Assembly: GCA_964481235.1 (NCBI GenBank)
Contig: CAYZYH010000003.1
Coordinates: forward strand, 12,341 to 76,340
From: an uncultured Candidatus Saccharibacteria bacterium
GTDB taxonomy: Bacteria; Patescibacteriota; Saccharimonadia; CAILAD01; BJGX01
Length of the DNA: 64,000 nucleotides
Direction: 5' to 3'
Shown here: positions 19,839 to 31,954 of the stretch, in pieces
How positions within the stretch are numbered: position 1 is the first letter of the stretch
How the letters are laid out: each line of letters opens with the position of its first letter
Program-made: the position numbers and the translations under genes
The notes under the pieces: generated by a model
Database searches by the model: none
Told to the model about the DNA's origin: nothing
Seen by the model: only the letters and a program-made list of their open reading frames with translations

Positions 19839-21473
19839 ATGTCGTCCCCCATACGCGAGCTCTCAAAAATACTACACGGCGAAGTTTCAACTTCCGAAAG
19901 ATCAAGATCGTTTTTCTCTACCGATGGTAGTATTTTTAAGGTTATTCCAAAATCGGTTATTTACCCAAAAAACGATGAAGATGTAATAAATACTATCAAA
20001 GTATTAAATTGGAGCGCGCAAGAAAATAATAAGGTGTCTCTAACGGCGCGCGGTAAAGGTACCGATCAGGGTGGAGGAGCTCTCGGTAACGGTGCTATAT
20101 TGGTGTTTCCAGTACATATGAAGGGTCTGGTAGATATGACCAAAACGACCGTTACGGTACAGCCTGGTATGATCTACTCTCATTTACAAGGAATACTACA
20201 GAGTCACTGGAGGTTTTTACCACCCTATCCCGCAAGTATAGACTTCTGTACATTAGGTGGTGCGGTCGCCAATAATGCAGCGGGTGAAAAAACTATTAAG
20301 TATGGCGCTACCCGTCATTGGGTAAAAAGTCTTAAGGTAGTTCTGAGTAATGGTGACGTTATTGTTACTGAAAGGCTCAATAAAAAACAACTCCGTAAGA
20401 AGAAAGAGCAACCCGATTTTGAAGGACATATATATAGAGAGATAGATAGGCTGTTAATTGAAAACCACGCCTTACTACAAAAAACAAGACCCAAAGTTAG
20501 TAAGAACTCTACTGGCTATGATTTGTGGGATATTAAAGGTAAAGACGGTTCTTTTGATTTGAGCCAATTATTTGTTGGTTCACAAGGCACTCTTGGTGTA
20601 GTGACAGAAATCACCTTTTATACCGCACCTTTTAATCCTCAAACAACTCTGTTGGTTGGTTATTTTGATGATCTAGAAAAAGCCGAAGAAGCAGTAAGAA
20701 AAATACTACCTCTTAAGCCCAGCGCAGCCGAAATGGTAGATATTCATACCCTAGAGTTTATGCGTGATCACAAACCCGAAATGCTACATGGTCTAGATAT
20801 GAACAACCTACCCAAATTGATAGTACTTATTGAATTTGACGACATTAAGCCACGTGATCGTAATAAAAAAAGTAAGCTTTGCTGGAAAATTCTTAATAAA
20901 CATTCATTAATGACTAGAAAATCGGAAAAACCTGCTGAGCAAGACAAGCTTTGGCGCATTAGAAGAGGCGCTGCTGCTGTAATATGGACACACCCAGGCT
21001 CTAAAAAAGCACTACCTATTATAGAAGACGGTATAGTACCAATTGAGAAAATGTCACAGTATTTACAGGGCGCATACGCATTGTTTAAAAAGTACAATAT
21101 AAAAATTGCAACATGGGGACATGCTGGTAACGCCAACATGCATATGCAGCCTTTTTTAGATCTTGCCAATATGCGCGATAGAGCGAAAATTTTCAACCTA
21201 ACTGATGATTATTATAAAATGGTTATAAAACTGGGCGGTAGCACCAGCGCCGAGCACAACGACGGTATAATGCGTGGACCCTACCTAAAAGATTTATTTG
21301 GTGCTAAAGTCTATAACCTTTTTAAAGAAGTCAAAGACATTTTTGATCCACTCAACTTTTTAAATCCAGATGTAAAAATAAATGTTACCAAACAAGACGC
21401 CATGATAAAAATGCGTAAAGAGTACTCAATGCGACAACTCTACGAACATTTACCATCAACTTATAATCATTAA
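19839..21473 (+). CDS. FAD-linked oxidase (GlcD / D-lactate dehydrogenase family)
   Basis: 544 aa; N-terminal FAD-binding PCMH pattern and C-terminal FAD-oxidase_C region. Confidence 0.7.
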   Translation: MSSPIRELSKILHGEVSTSERSRSFFSTDGSIFKVIPKSVIYPKNDEDVINTIKVLNWSAQENNKVSLTARGKGTDQGGGALGNGAILVFPVHMKGLVDMTKTTVTVQPGMIYSHLQGILQSHWRFLPPYPASIDFCTLGGAVANNAAGEKTIKYGATRHWVKSLKVVLSNGDVIVTERLNKKQLRKKKEQPDFEGHIYREIDRLLIENHALLQKTRPKVSKNSTGYDLWDIKGKDGSFDLSQLFVGSQGTLGVVTEITFYTAPFNPQTTLLVGYFDDLEKAEEAVRKILPLKPSAAEMVDIHTLEFMRDHKPEMLHGLDMNNLPKLIVLIEFDDIKPRDRNKKSKLCWKILNKHSLMTRKSEKPAEQDKLWRIRRGAAAVIWTHPGSKKALPIIEDGIVPIEKMSQYLQGAYALFKKYNIKIATWGHAGNANMHMQPFLDLANMRDRAKIFNLTDDYYKMVIKLGGSTSAEHNDGIMRGPYLKDLFGAKVYNLFKEVKDIFDPLNFLNPDVKINVTKQDAMIKMRKEYSMRQLYEHLPSTYNH

Positions 21474-21477
21474 ATAG

Positions 21478-21801
21478 ATGTTTATGAAATATATAAAAAC
21501 AATATATAAAATACTAGTAGCAGTGTTGCTTGTTTGGTTTGGCGGCTTGGCCGTGCTGGGCTACAGTCTGGGTTTATTGGGCCTTGGTATCTTACTAATC
21601 ATATGCGGTGGTTGGTGGCTTATTACGGCACCAGTGATATGGAGTGACTACCTAAAATATTACAAAAGATTGCCCAAGAAAAAGCGCACTCTTTGGAATG
21701 AGCCCAAAAAAGCATACTATAATTTGAGTGTATATATATTTATACCTGCGAGCATTGCTATGGGAGTATTATTTATATACCTTGCTTGGTTGCAAAAGTG
21801 A
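21478..21801 (+). CDS. hypothetical membrane protein (107 aa)
   Basis: Three predicted hydrophobic helices; no motif. Confidence 0.45.
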   Translation: MFMKYIKTIYKILVAVLLVWFGGLAVLGYSLGLLGLGILLIICGGWWLITAPVIWSDYLKYYKRLPKKKRTLWNEPKKAYYNLSVYIFIPASIAMGVLFIYLAWLQK

Positions 21802-21841
21802 TAAAATAGGTTATACTAAACACTATTGTTTTGACCTATAT

Positions 21842-21887
21842 GCGGACTTGGTGGAACTGGTAGACATGCAAGCTGTTGAGCGGTAGC
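21842..21887 (+). pseudogene. decayed 5' fragment of a tRNA-Leu gene
   Basis: First ~38 nt (GCGGACTTGGTGGAACTGGTAGACATGCAAGCT) match the intact tRNA-Leu 114 nt downstream with 2 mismatches, then diverge; no T-arm. Confidence 0.55.
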
Positions 21888-21955
21888 GAGCCAATAACAA
21901 TAGGCTTGTTTTTTAAAGCCCCTTCATCTAAAAAATAGATTATAATAATATACAT

Positions 21956-22042
21956 GCGGACGTGGTGGAACTGGTAGACACGCAAGCTTGAGGGGCTTGT
22001 GGCCGAAAGGCTGTGGAGGTTCGAGTCCTCTCGTCCGCACCA
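21956..22042 (+). tRNA. tRNA-Leu(GAG)
   Basis: Cloverleaf with long variable arm; anticodon loop TTGAGGG; GGTTCGAGTCC T-arm; CCA encoded. Confidence 0.85.
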
Positions 22043-22047
22043 TATTT

Positions 22048-22449
22048 ATGGATATTTTTAGTGAGATAAAAAAGCTACATCTTAACCCAAACGAATTTAT
22101 TGTTGTAGGTGGTGGTATTTTGTGTGCACTAGGCATAAGAGACACAAACGACATAGATCTGATTGTTGACAAGAAAATTTACAATAAATTTAGAGAACAG
22201 GGTGACTGGATAGAGAAGAAATGGCCGAAGGGCCAACCAACCCTTAGTAAGGGTATTTATGATGTTGGTATAGATTGGAGTGATGATCAAAAAGTCTATA
22301 CTTTTAATGGATTGCGAAATAACTCAGTTATTATTCAAGGTATAAGCTTTGTATCTTTAGAGACACTAAAAGAATGGAAGCTTAACAAAGGCAGAGAAAA
22401 AGATAAAAGAGATGTTGAGCTTATTAATAAGTTCATTGATGATTTATAG
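22048..22449 (+). CDS. pol-beta-superfamily nucleotidyltransferase domain protein (133 aa)
   Basis: GGGILCALGIRDTNDIDLIV fits the G[GS]x9-13DxD NTase motif; starts 6 nt after the tRNA-Leu. Confidence 0.55.
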   Translation: MDIFSEIKKLHLNPNEFIVVGGGILCALGIRDTNDIDLIVDKKIYNKFREQGDWIEKKWPKGQPTLSKGIYDVGIDWSDDQKVYTFNGLRNNSVIIQGISFVSLETLKEWKLNKGREKDKRDVELINKFIDDL

Positions 22450-23269
22450 AATCTATAACATTATTTAAAAGCATCACCACAGTAAGTGGCCCCACGCCAC
22501 CAGGTACTGGCGTAATAATGCTAGCTTTTTTGGCAACATCGTCAAAATCAATATCACCCCGCAATTTGCCGTCTACATTATTTATACCTACATCTATAAC
22601 CACGACATTATCTTTAACCATATCGCCGGTTATTAGCCTCGGTGATCCAGCAGCACTTACTACAATATCTGATTTTGAGGTAAGGGCTTTTAAGTCTTTA
22701 GTCTGCCTATGTGCTACTAGTACTTTGGCGCCTGCATTTTCTAGAAGGTATCTAAGTGGCGCACCCACTAAGTGACTTCTACCAACAACCGTTACTATTT
22801 TATCTTTTAACTCAACGTTGTATGTGTTGAGTATGTTCATTACTGCAAGTGGGGTGGCTGGTCTCAGGCCTGGGCGACCATTCTCGAGGGCGTCTTGGCT
22901 AGTACTAGTAAGCCCATCTACATCTTTGGCTGGGTCTATATAATCAATAAGGTCTTGTGGATCATACCATCCAGACAGTGGCAACTGAATTACAATTCCA
23001 TGTATTTTAGGGTTTTTACTAAGTTCAGTAACTTTTGCAATACACTCAGATCTACTATCACCAGACAGGTCTATGAATTCGGCTTGTATACCAACTTCTT
23101 TAGCTCGCTTAAGCTTCATATTTATATAAACCAAAGATCTAGTGTCGGGTCCTATACCAACAATAGCTAGTTTGGGATTGATTTTATGTTGTTTTAACAC
23201 ATCAACTCGGCTTTTAAGCTGATTTGTAATTTTTTGTGCCAACAACTTGCCATCCACAATTTTAGTCAT
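22433..23269 (-). CDS. folD: bifunctional methylene-THF dehydrogenase / methenyl-THF cyclohydrolase
   Basis: 278 aa; typical FolD N-terminus MTKIVDGKLLAQKI and Rossmann GRSHLVGAP. Confidence 0.9.
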   Translation of the reverse strand: MTKIVDGKLLAQKITNQLKSRVDVLKQHKINPKLAIVGIGPDTRSLVYINMKLKRAKEVGIQAEFIDLSGDSRSECIAKVTELSKNPKIHGIVIQLPLSGWYDPQDLIDYIDPAKDVDGLTSTSQDALENGRPGLRPATPLAVMNILNTYNVELKDKIVTVVGRSHLVGAPLRYLLENAGAKVLVAHRQTKDLKALTSKSDIVVSAAGSPRLITGDMVKDNVVVIDVGINNVDGKLRGDIDFDDVAKKASIITPVPGGVGPLTVVMLLNNVIDSINHQ

Positions 23270-23290
23270 ATGGTTAATTGTAACAAAAAA

Positions 23291-23315
23291 AGACCTTTAA
23301 GAAAGGTCTTTTTTT
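23291..23315. terminator. rho-independent terminator hairpin (bidirectional form)
   Basis: agaccttt-aaga-aaggtct flanked by an A-run and a T-run; lies just 3' of the - strand tRNA cluster. Confidence 0.5.
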
Positions 23316-23391
23316 GGTGGGTGATGAGGGACTCGAACCCCCGACATCCTCGGTGTAAACGAGACGCTCTAGCCAACTGAGCTAATCACCC
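23315..23391 (-). tRNA. tRNA-Val(TAC)
   Basis: Reverse-complement cloverleaf GGGTGATTAGCTCAGTTGG..; anticodon loop TTTACAC; CCA encoded. Confidence 0.85.
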
Positions 23392-23398
23392 ATGTATT

Positions 23399-23475
23399 TG
23401 GTGCGGGTAGGGAGACTCTAACTCCCGGCCTCATCCTTGGCAAGGATGCGCTCTAAACAACTGAGCTATACCCGC
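23399..23475 (-). tRNA. tRNA-Gly(GCC)
   Basis: Reverse complement GCGGGTATAGCTCAG..; anticodon loop TTGCCAA; CCA encoded. Confidence 0.85.
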
Positions 23476-23676
23476 GCGTCAAAATATTGTTTTAGTTTCT
23501 CGTAAATATAGGTATATTTACTGTCAACCATCACAACTACTTTTCCTTTCAATTCTAATGATTACATTTGAATTGTACCGAACTGAATTGTATTTCGTTC
23601 GTAAAGGAGATTGACTTGCGAAAACCGTAGCATGATATTGGCAATATGATGCGTAGATTGTAGTAATCAATGGACG

Positions 23677-23752
23677 TGGTGGCGAGACTCGGAATCGAAC
23701 CGAGGACACGAGGCTCTTCAAGCCACTGCTCTACCAACTGAGCTATCTCGCC
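23677..23752 (-). tRNA. tRNA-Phe(GAA)
   Basis: Reverse complement GGCGAGATAGCTCAGTTGGTAGAGC..; anticodon loop TTGAAGA; one U-U mismatch in the anticodon stem; CCA encoded. Confidence 0.8.
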
Positions 23753-23973
23753 TCGTCAAAGATATGCTTTTTATTTAACATATAATTAACATGTTAATTA
23801 TCGCACATCTTCTCCTCTCAAAATAGTAAATCTTATTTACTATTTTGGGTTAGGATAAAACAGCTAAAAATGAAATAACGAGAATAATCATAACAGAATC
23901 AACACTAGATTTCCAGCCCTTTCGGGTACTCTAAAAAACAGGTATAATGTGTGAGTTATTTAAGAAATCTTAA

Positions 23974-24047
23974 GGCGCGTTGGCCGAGTGGTTAGGCAAG
24001 GGTCTGCAAAACCCTGTACACCGGTTCAAATCCGGTACGCGCCTCCA
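23974..24047 (+). tRNA. tRNA-Cys(GCA)
   Basis: GGCGCGTTGGCCGAGTGG..; anticodon loop CTGCAAA; CCA encoded. Confidence 0.85.
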
Positions 24048-24061
24048 GTACTTTTATAAAA

Positions 24062-24310
24062 TTAGTTATTAGCTGCCTGATTGCGCCTAACTATCTCTTG
24101 TTCCTTTGCCTCTATAACTGCTGAGTCAGAAATAGTGTGAACACCACTATCGGCAAGTTCTTGGAGTGCTTGGGCTCGCAAAGAATGCTTGGCGTCATTT
24201 TTAGCACGCATCTTATGAAGTTGACCCACAAGTTCTTCATGTTCTGCACTTCTATTAAGTGTGTCTGAACCTTGTGTAATGTGGTCGCCATTGTTGGTTG
24301 GTTCGGTCAT
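24062..24310 (-). CDS. hypothetical small protein (82 aa)
   Basis: AAGGAAAG RBS before the ATG on the - strand; sits between tRNA-Cys and tRNA-Leu. Confidence 0.5.
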   Translation of the reverse strand: MTEPTNNGDHITQGSDTLNRSAEHEELVGQLHKMRAKNDAKHSLRAQALQELADSGVHTISDSAVIEAKEQEIVRRNQAANN

Positions 24311-24376
24311 GGTTTTTGCTTTCCTTGTTTATTGGTTTATTATAAACTAATAAACAAATACTGACAATTTACATAA

Positions 24377-24462
24377 GCGCGGGTGGTGGAATTGGTATAC
24401 ACGACAGACTTAAAATCTGTTGCCCCTAGGGCTTGCGGGTTCGAGTCCCGCCCCGCGCACCA
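24377..24462 (+). tRNA. tRNA-Leu(TAA)
   Basis: Long variable arm; anticodon loop CTTAAAA; GGTTCGAGTCC T-arm; CCA encoded. Confidence 0.85.
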
Positions 24463-24463
24463 A

Positions 24464-25159
24464 ATGTGGTACAATTATTTAATGGAAAATTCAAAACCAA
24501 CGATATCACAGGCAATCTCAGAGGGTTGGCAACTTACAAAATCTAACTACCCAATACTCTTGGGGTCTTTTGCGATACTTATAGGCATTAGTATTGCTTT
24601 TTCTATTGTCGACAATATCACTACTGTGTCTAAAAATAACAATCCTAGTACTACCGTAATGCTATCTCTTGCTTTGGCATCGCTAGTTGCTGCAATTCTA
24701 AGAATAGGCATACAAAATCTTACCTCTATTGGCTTTACACAAATACAACTAAATATTTTAGATAAAAAACCTACAGGTATTGGTTTGCTTTTTAACTCCG
24801 AAAATGTTTTCTGGAGATATTTAGGCACCTCAATTGTTTATGGCTTAATTATTCTAGGTGGTTTGATATTACTTATAGTACCAGGAATAATTTGGGCTCT
24901 TAAGTATCAGTTTGCTCTGCCGCTAGTAATCGATAAAAAAATGACTCTTTCAGAATCGATAAGTAAAAGTGGTCAAATTACCAAAGGCTATAAAGGCTGG
25001 TTGCTTGGTTTTGCATTAGTTCTTGGACTTATAAATATTGCCGGGTTTTTAGCCCTAGGAGTGGGTCTACTCTTTACCATTCCACTTACGGCAATGAGTC
25101 AGATTTGGGTTTATCGCAAACTACTCGGTGTTAGTAATTCAGTAACTACCCCAAATTAG
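24464..25159 (+). CDS. hypothetical polytopic membrane protein
   Basis: ORF-track start (24383) lies inside the tRNA; trimmed to the first ATG after the tRNA. Multiple hydrophobic helices. Confidence 0.5.
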   Translation: MWYNYLMENSKPTISQAISEGWQLTKSNYPILLGSFAILIGISIAFSIVDNITTVSKNNNPSTTVMLSLALASLVAAILRIGIQNLTSIGFTQIQLNILDKKPTGIGLLFNSENVFWRYLGTSIVYGLIILGGLILLIVPGIIWALKYQFALPLVIDKKMTLSESISKSGQITKGYKGWLLGFALVLGLINIAGFLALGVGLLFTIPLTAMSQIWVYRKLLGVSNSVTTPN

Positions 25160-25217
25160 GCTACATTATAGGTTGATTGTGCTATAATTTAAAACAATAT
25201 AAACGGAGAATAAGAAA

Positions 25218-25784
25218 ATGATTTTATGGATTGTCCTGGCTCTAGTAGCAGTAGTACTAATATGGTTATGGTTTACATACAACGGACTAATAAAGGCTCG
25301 TTTGCGTGCCGACGAGGCGTTAAGCGATATTACGGTTCAAGAAAAACGTCGACTCGATCTTATTCCTAATCTTATAGAAACCGTTAAAGGCTATGCCAAG
25401 CACGAGAAAAGTACGTTTGAAGAAGTAACCAAAGCACGTACAGCAGTAATGAAGGCACCTGAAGGTGATCTTAGTAAAAGGGCAGAGAGCGAAAACATGC
25501 TCTCAGGAGCTCTAAAAAGCTTGTTTGCGGTGAGCGAAAACTATCCAGACCTAAAGGCTAATGAAAACTTCCTGAGTTTACAGAGTGAACTTACCGATAC
25601 CGAAGACAAAATTCAAGCAGCCCGCCGATTCTACAATGGCAATATACGTGATTTCAATATGAAGCTACAGGTTTTTCCAACTAGTGTAATTGGCGGTATG
25701 CTTGGTTTTAAATCTCGCGATTTCTACGACGTAGCCGAAGGCGAAAAAGAAGCCGTCAAAAAAGCTCCAGAAGTTAAGTTTTAA
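25218..25784 (+). CDS. lemA: LemA family protein
   Basis: N-terminal TM then YNGLIKARLRADEALSDITVQEKRRLDLIPNL, typical of LemA; 188 aa. Confidence 0.8.
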   Translation: MILWIVLALVAVVLIWLWFTYNGLIKARLRADEALSDITVQEKRRLDLIPNLIETVKGYAKHEKSTFEEVTKARTAVMKAPEGDLSKRAESENMLSGALKSLFAVSENYPDLKANENFLSLQSELTDTEDKIQAARRFYNGNIRDFNMKLQVFPTSVIGGMLGFKSRDFYDVAEGEKEAVKKAPEVKF

Positions 25785-25818
25785 TATTCTAAAAATAAGT
25801 AAGTAAAAACTCGCTGTA

Positions 25819-26340
25819 TTAGACAGCGAGTTTGTTTATATCTCTGGCAAAATAAAGTTTAACTGTATCTTTACTAAGCCAACCTTTTAAATAAAGATTT
25901 AGGAGAACAAGCCCAGAGATAACAAATATATCTCTACGATCGAAACCGTAACCCTGAGCATCTGCCCACATACTTATATTGTCGTCAATCTGTCCGATTG
26001 ATTCAAAAGCACCGCGTTTATCCACCACACCACTCGAAACAGATGTTTCACAATCATGTGCAAAATTGATTATTTCTAACCTTTTGTCGCTATGATAGTA
26101 GACATCCCTTAACTTCGTTGGCAAAACAAGATCCCAGACCTCACGAATTTCGGCGGCTTTACGAGGCTTAAGCTTTGTTACTGCACAATGCATTATTGAG
26201 CAGCTTCTTGGCCTAGAGGCATCGATAAGTGATATACCAGCTACGTCGTCACCAAGCGACTCAGTGCAAAAGACAGGATGGTTGTCGCAATCTAAGTAAA
26301 TGTCGCCAACCCTGATTTTATTTTTATGCCGGCGTACCAT
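25819..26340 (-). CDS. hypothetical protein (173 aa), member of a local paralogous small-protein family
   Basis: Shares LxDGDIxIxIID-type and CX6C motifs with ORFs at 39248-, 40676-, 41613- and 42672-. Confidence 0.5.
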   Translation of the reverse strand: MVRRHKNKIRVGDIYLDCDNHPVFCTESLGDDVAGISLIDASRPRSCSIMHCAVTKLKPRKAAEIREVWDLVLPTKLRDVYYHSDKRLEIINFAHDCETSVSSGVVDKRGAFESIGQIDDNISMWADAQGYGFDRRDIFVISGLVLLNLYLKGWLSKDTVKLYFARDINKLAV

Positions 26341-26438
26341 TGCATTTCCTTTTTATTGACATACAATCAATGAAATTCTACCTTTAAAAACTGTTTTTGT
26401 CAATATAACTCGACCCCCAAATAAGGTATAATATAGCT

Positions 26439-27344
26439 ATGTATTCTGAGATAGCCAAAAACAAACGTAATAGTGTTTTTTTAATTTTTTGTTTTTTACT
26501 GGTGATAATAGGATTTTGCTGGGTAATTTCGCTCGCCTACAACGAACCGACAATTTTATACTTTGGCGTAGGATTCTCTACTATATATGCACTAATAAGT
26601 TATTTTACCGCGAGTAGTACAGTGCTAGCTATTTCAAAAGCAAAACAAGTTGAAAAAAAAGACAACCCCAAACTGTACAGAATAGTAGAAAATCTTTGTA
26701 TTACGGCCGGTCTACCTACGCCCAAGATATATATTATTCAAGACTCCGCGCCCAATGCTTTTGCAACTGGTCGAGACCCTGAGCACGCCGCAATATGTGT
26801 TACCTCTGGTCTTATAGATATTATGGACAAGACAGAGCTTGAAGGTGTAATTGCACATGAGCTTAGCCATGTCGGCAACTATGATGTGCGATTTATGACC
26901 CTAGTAGTGGTACTAGTAGGGGTCTTGGTTTTATTGTCTGACTGGTTTATACGCATAACAATATTTTCTGATGATAGAGATAGTGGCGGTAGTAGTATGC
27001 AGGGCATAATGATGTTGGTGAGCTTGGTATTGGCAATACTAGTACCTATTATTGGTATGCTTATGCAACTAGCTTTTTCACGAAAACGTGAATATTTGGC
27101 AGATAGCTCGGCTGCTCTTCTTACTCGCTATCCAGAGGGTTTAGCTAGTGCCTTAGAAAAGATAGAGAGTAGTACTGAACCACTAGAGGCAGCCAATAGA
27201 GCAACATCCAATCTTTACATAGTTAATCCTATTCGGGCAAATGTAAGGGGTAGCACTAAGAGTTGGTTTTCGGGCCTATTTAGTACTCATCCACCGACTG
27301 CTGAGCGCATTAAACGTTTACGCAAAATGGGTACCCATGCTTAA
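26439..27344 (+). CDS. htpX: M48 zinc metalloprotease HtpX homolog
   Basis: HELSHVGNYD HExxH motif between TM helices; 301 aa. Confidence 0.85.
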   Translation: MYSEIAKNKRNSVFLIFCFLLVIIGFCWVISLAYNEPTILYFGVGFSTIYALISYFTASSTVLAISKAKQVEKKDNPKLYRIVENLCITAGLPTPKIYIIQDSAPNAFATGRDPEHAAICVTSGLIDIMDKTELEGVIAHELSHVGNYDVRFMTLVVVLVGVLVLLSDWFIRITIFSDDRDSGGSSMQGIMMLVSLVLAILVPIIGMLMQLAFSRKREYLADSSAALLTRYPEGLASALEKIESSTEPLEAANRATSNLYIVNPIRANVRGSTKSWFSGLFSTHPPTAERIKRLRKMGTHA

Positions 27345-27376
27345 ATGTAATATAATAAGCAAAAGGAGTAATTATT

Positions 27377-30099
<2,723 letters not shown>

Positions 30100-30154
30100 T
30101 ACTTCATGCTTGCAGAATACACCTACCATTGCGCTATAATAGATAACTGCAAAA

Positions 30155-30179
30155 AGGCGCACGGGGGAGCGCCTTTTTG
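30155..30179 (+). terminator. rho-independent terminator after ligA
   Basis: aggcgc-acggggga-gcgcct followed by TTTTT. Confidence 0.6.
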
Positions 30180-30233
30180 CATGTCGGTGCGGTAGGCATC
30201 GAATCAAGAAAGAATTTCGGGTATAATAAAACT

Positions 30234-30524
30234 ATGGGTAAACTTACAAAAGATGAGATAGAATACGTAGCCTCTTTGGCGCGCATAGAGGTTGGTGGCG
30301 ACCAAACAGAGTCTACAGCCTCAGATATAAGTGCGATACTTGGTTTTGTTGACAGTTTACAAGCCATAGATACAGAGGGCGTAGTACCAATTTCTCAAGT
30401 TACTGGCTTGAGCGATGTTTGGCGAGAAGATAAAGTTGTAGACTGCAAAATCAGTAGAGATGATTTACTATCAAACGCTCCTAGGTCTCAAGACGGTTAC
30501 GTAGTTGTAAAGAAAGTTTTGTAA
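30234..30524 (+). CDS. gatC: aspartyl/glutamyl-tRNA amidotransferase subunit C
   Basis: 96 aa from the internal ATG (MGKLTKDEIEYVASLARIE..); position immediately upstream of gatA. Confidence 0.75.
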   Translation: MGKLTKDEIEYVASLARIEVGGDQTESTASDISAILGFVDSLQAIDTEGVVPISQVTGLSDVWREDKVVDCKISRDDLLSNAPRSQDGYVVVKKVL

Positions 30525-31954
30525 TGACCAATTTATCACTTTTAACAATTAGGCAAGCTCACGAGCTTATAGTAAGTAAAAAAGTAAGCGTTATAGATCT
30601 TGTCGAATACTATTTAGATGTTATAAAAAAACGCGAACCACAGGTGCGTGCTGTAATTACCCTATGTGCAGAAGATGCAATCAATAAAGCCAAACTTGTG
30701 GATACTAAAGTTGCTACCGGTAAAAAAATTGGATTACTAGAAGGTATACCATATACGGCTAAAGATATGTTCTCAACTGATGGGGTGCAGACTACAGCCG
30801 CGAGCCAGATATTGAAAGACTATCGCCCACCATACTCTGCAACGGTTATTAACAAACTAGATGAAGCAGGGGCAATTCTAATTGGTAAAACCAATCAAGA
30901 TGAATTTGCCCACGGCGGTAGCACCGAGAACTCTAGTTTTGCCAAGACCACCAACCCCTGGGATACTAAGAAAGTACCAGGGGGCAGTAGTGGAGGTAGT
31001 GCTGCGGCAGTTGCAGCAGACTACTGTGTGTTTAGCTTAGGAACCGACACCGGAGGTTCTATTCGAGAGCCTGCAGCTTTTTGCGGGGTTACAGGCTTAA
31101 AGCCCACATACGGTTTAGTTAGTAGATACGGTGTTATTTCAATGGCTAGTAGCTTTGATTGTATTGGACCAATTACTAGATCTGCCGACGATGCTGAGAT
31201 TGTACTAGAAGCTATTGCTGGTCAAGACCCAATGGACGCCACTACACTAAGCGATTCAGAGAAGTCAGAAGACCCTACAGTAATAAGTAATATAAGAGTT
31301 GGCATTTCAAAAGAATATATCAACCAAGTCGTTGTTAAAGAATTTACTAAGACTCTAGATGTTGAAACAAGTGAGATAAATATGGTAGACAGTGTAATGG
31401 CCTTAAGTGCCTACTATATACTCGTGCCTTCAGAAATCAGCTCTAACCTAGAACGCTACGATGGTATTCGTTATGGACAAGTAGCCAAAGATGCCCTAAA
31501 TATTACCGAGCTTTATTCTAAAACTCGCGCAGAATTTCTGGGCGAAGAGGCTAAACGCCGTATTTATACTGGTACATACGCACTCTCCTCTGGATACTAC
31601 GATGCATATTACAAAAAAGCTATGCAGGTTCGTCGATTAATTTGCAATCAGTTTGATAAGATATTTAGCAACTGCGAGCTTATAGTTCTACCTACTACAT
31701 TGCAACCAGCATTTGAGTTTGGGGCCAAAAGTGATCCAATAGAAATGTACAAGACTGATCTACTGACCGTAACCGCAAATCTTGCTGGCCTACCTGCTAT
31801 TAGTATACCAGCTGGTATTGACGGTGATACTAATATGCCCCTTGGTATCCAGATAATCGGCCGACAGAAGGCCGATAAAACGGTCTTGGCTTTAGCCAAA
31901 GAGTTTCAATCTAAGACGAATTGGCATTTAAAATTGGAGGAGATTAAGTTATGA
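30524..31954 (+). CDS. gatA: glutamyl-tRNA(Gln) amidotransferase subunit A
   Basis: 476 aa; amidase signature GGSSGGSAAAVAA with Ser-cisSer-Lys triad context. Confidence 0.9.
   Translation: MTNLSLLTIRQAHELIVSKKVSVIDLVEYYLDVIKKREPQVRAVITLCAEDAINKAKLVDTKVATGKKIGLLEGIPYTAKDMFSTDGVQTTAASQILKDYRPPYSATVINKLDEAGAILIGKTNQDEFAHGGSTENSSFAKTTNPWDTKKVPGGSSGGSAAAVAADYCVFSLGTDTGGSIREPAAFCGVTGLKPTYGLVSRYGVISMASSFDCIGPITRSADDAEIVLEAIAGQDPMDATTLSDSEKSEDPTVISNIRVGISKEYINQVVVKEFTKTLDVETSEINMVDSVMALSAYYILVPSEISSNLERYDGIRYGQVAKDALNITELYSKTRAEFLGEEAKRRIYTGTYALSSGYYDAYYKKAMQVRRLICNQFDKIFSNCELIVLPTTLQPAFEFGAKSDPIEMYKTDLLTVTANLAGLPAISIPAGIDGDTNMPLGIQIIGRQKADKTVLALAKEFQSKTNWHLKLEEIKL

Noticed and set aside
21988-22047. 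N-terminal part of ORF 21988..22449
   Set aside because: It lies inside tRNA-Leu(GAG); the start was moved to the ATG at 22048
24383-24463. N-terminal 27 codons of ORF 24383..25159
   Set aside because: They overlap the tRNA-Leu(TAA) gene on the same strand; the start was moved to the first ATG after the tRNA
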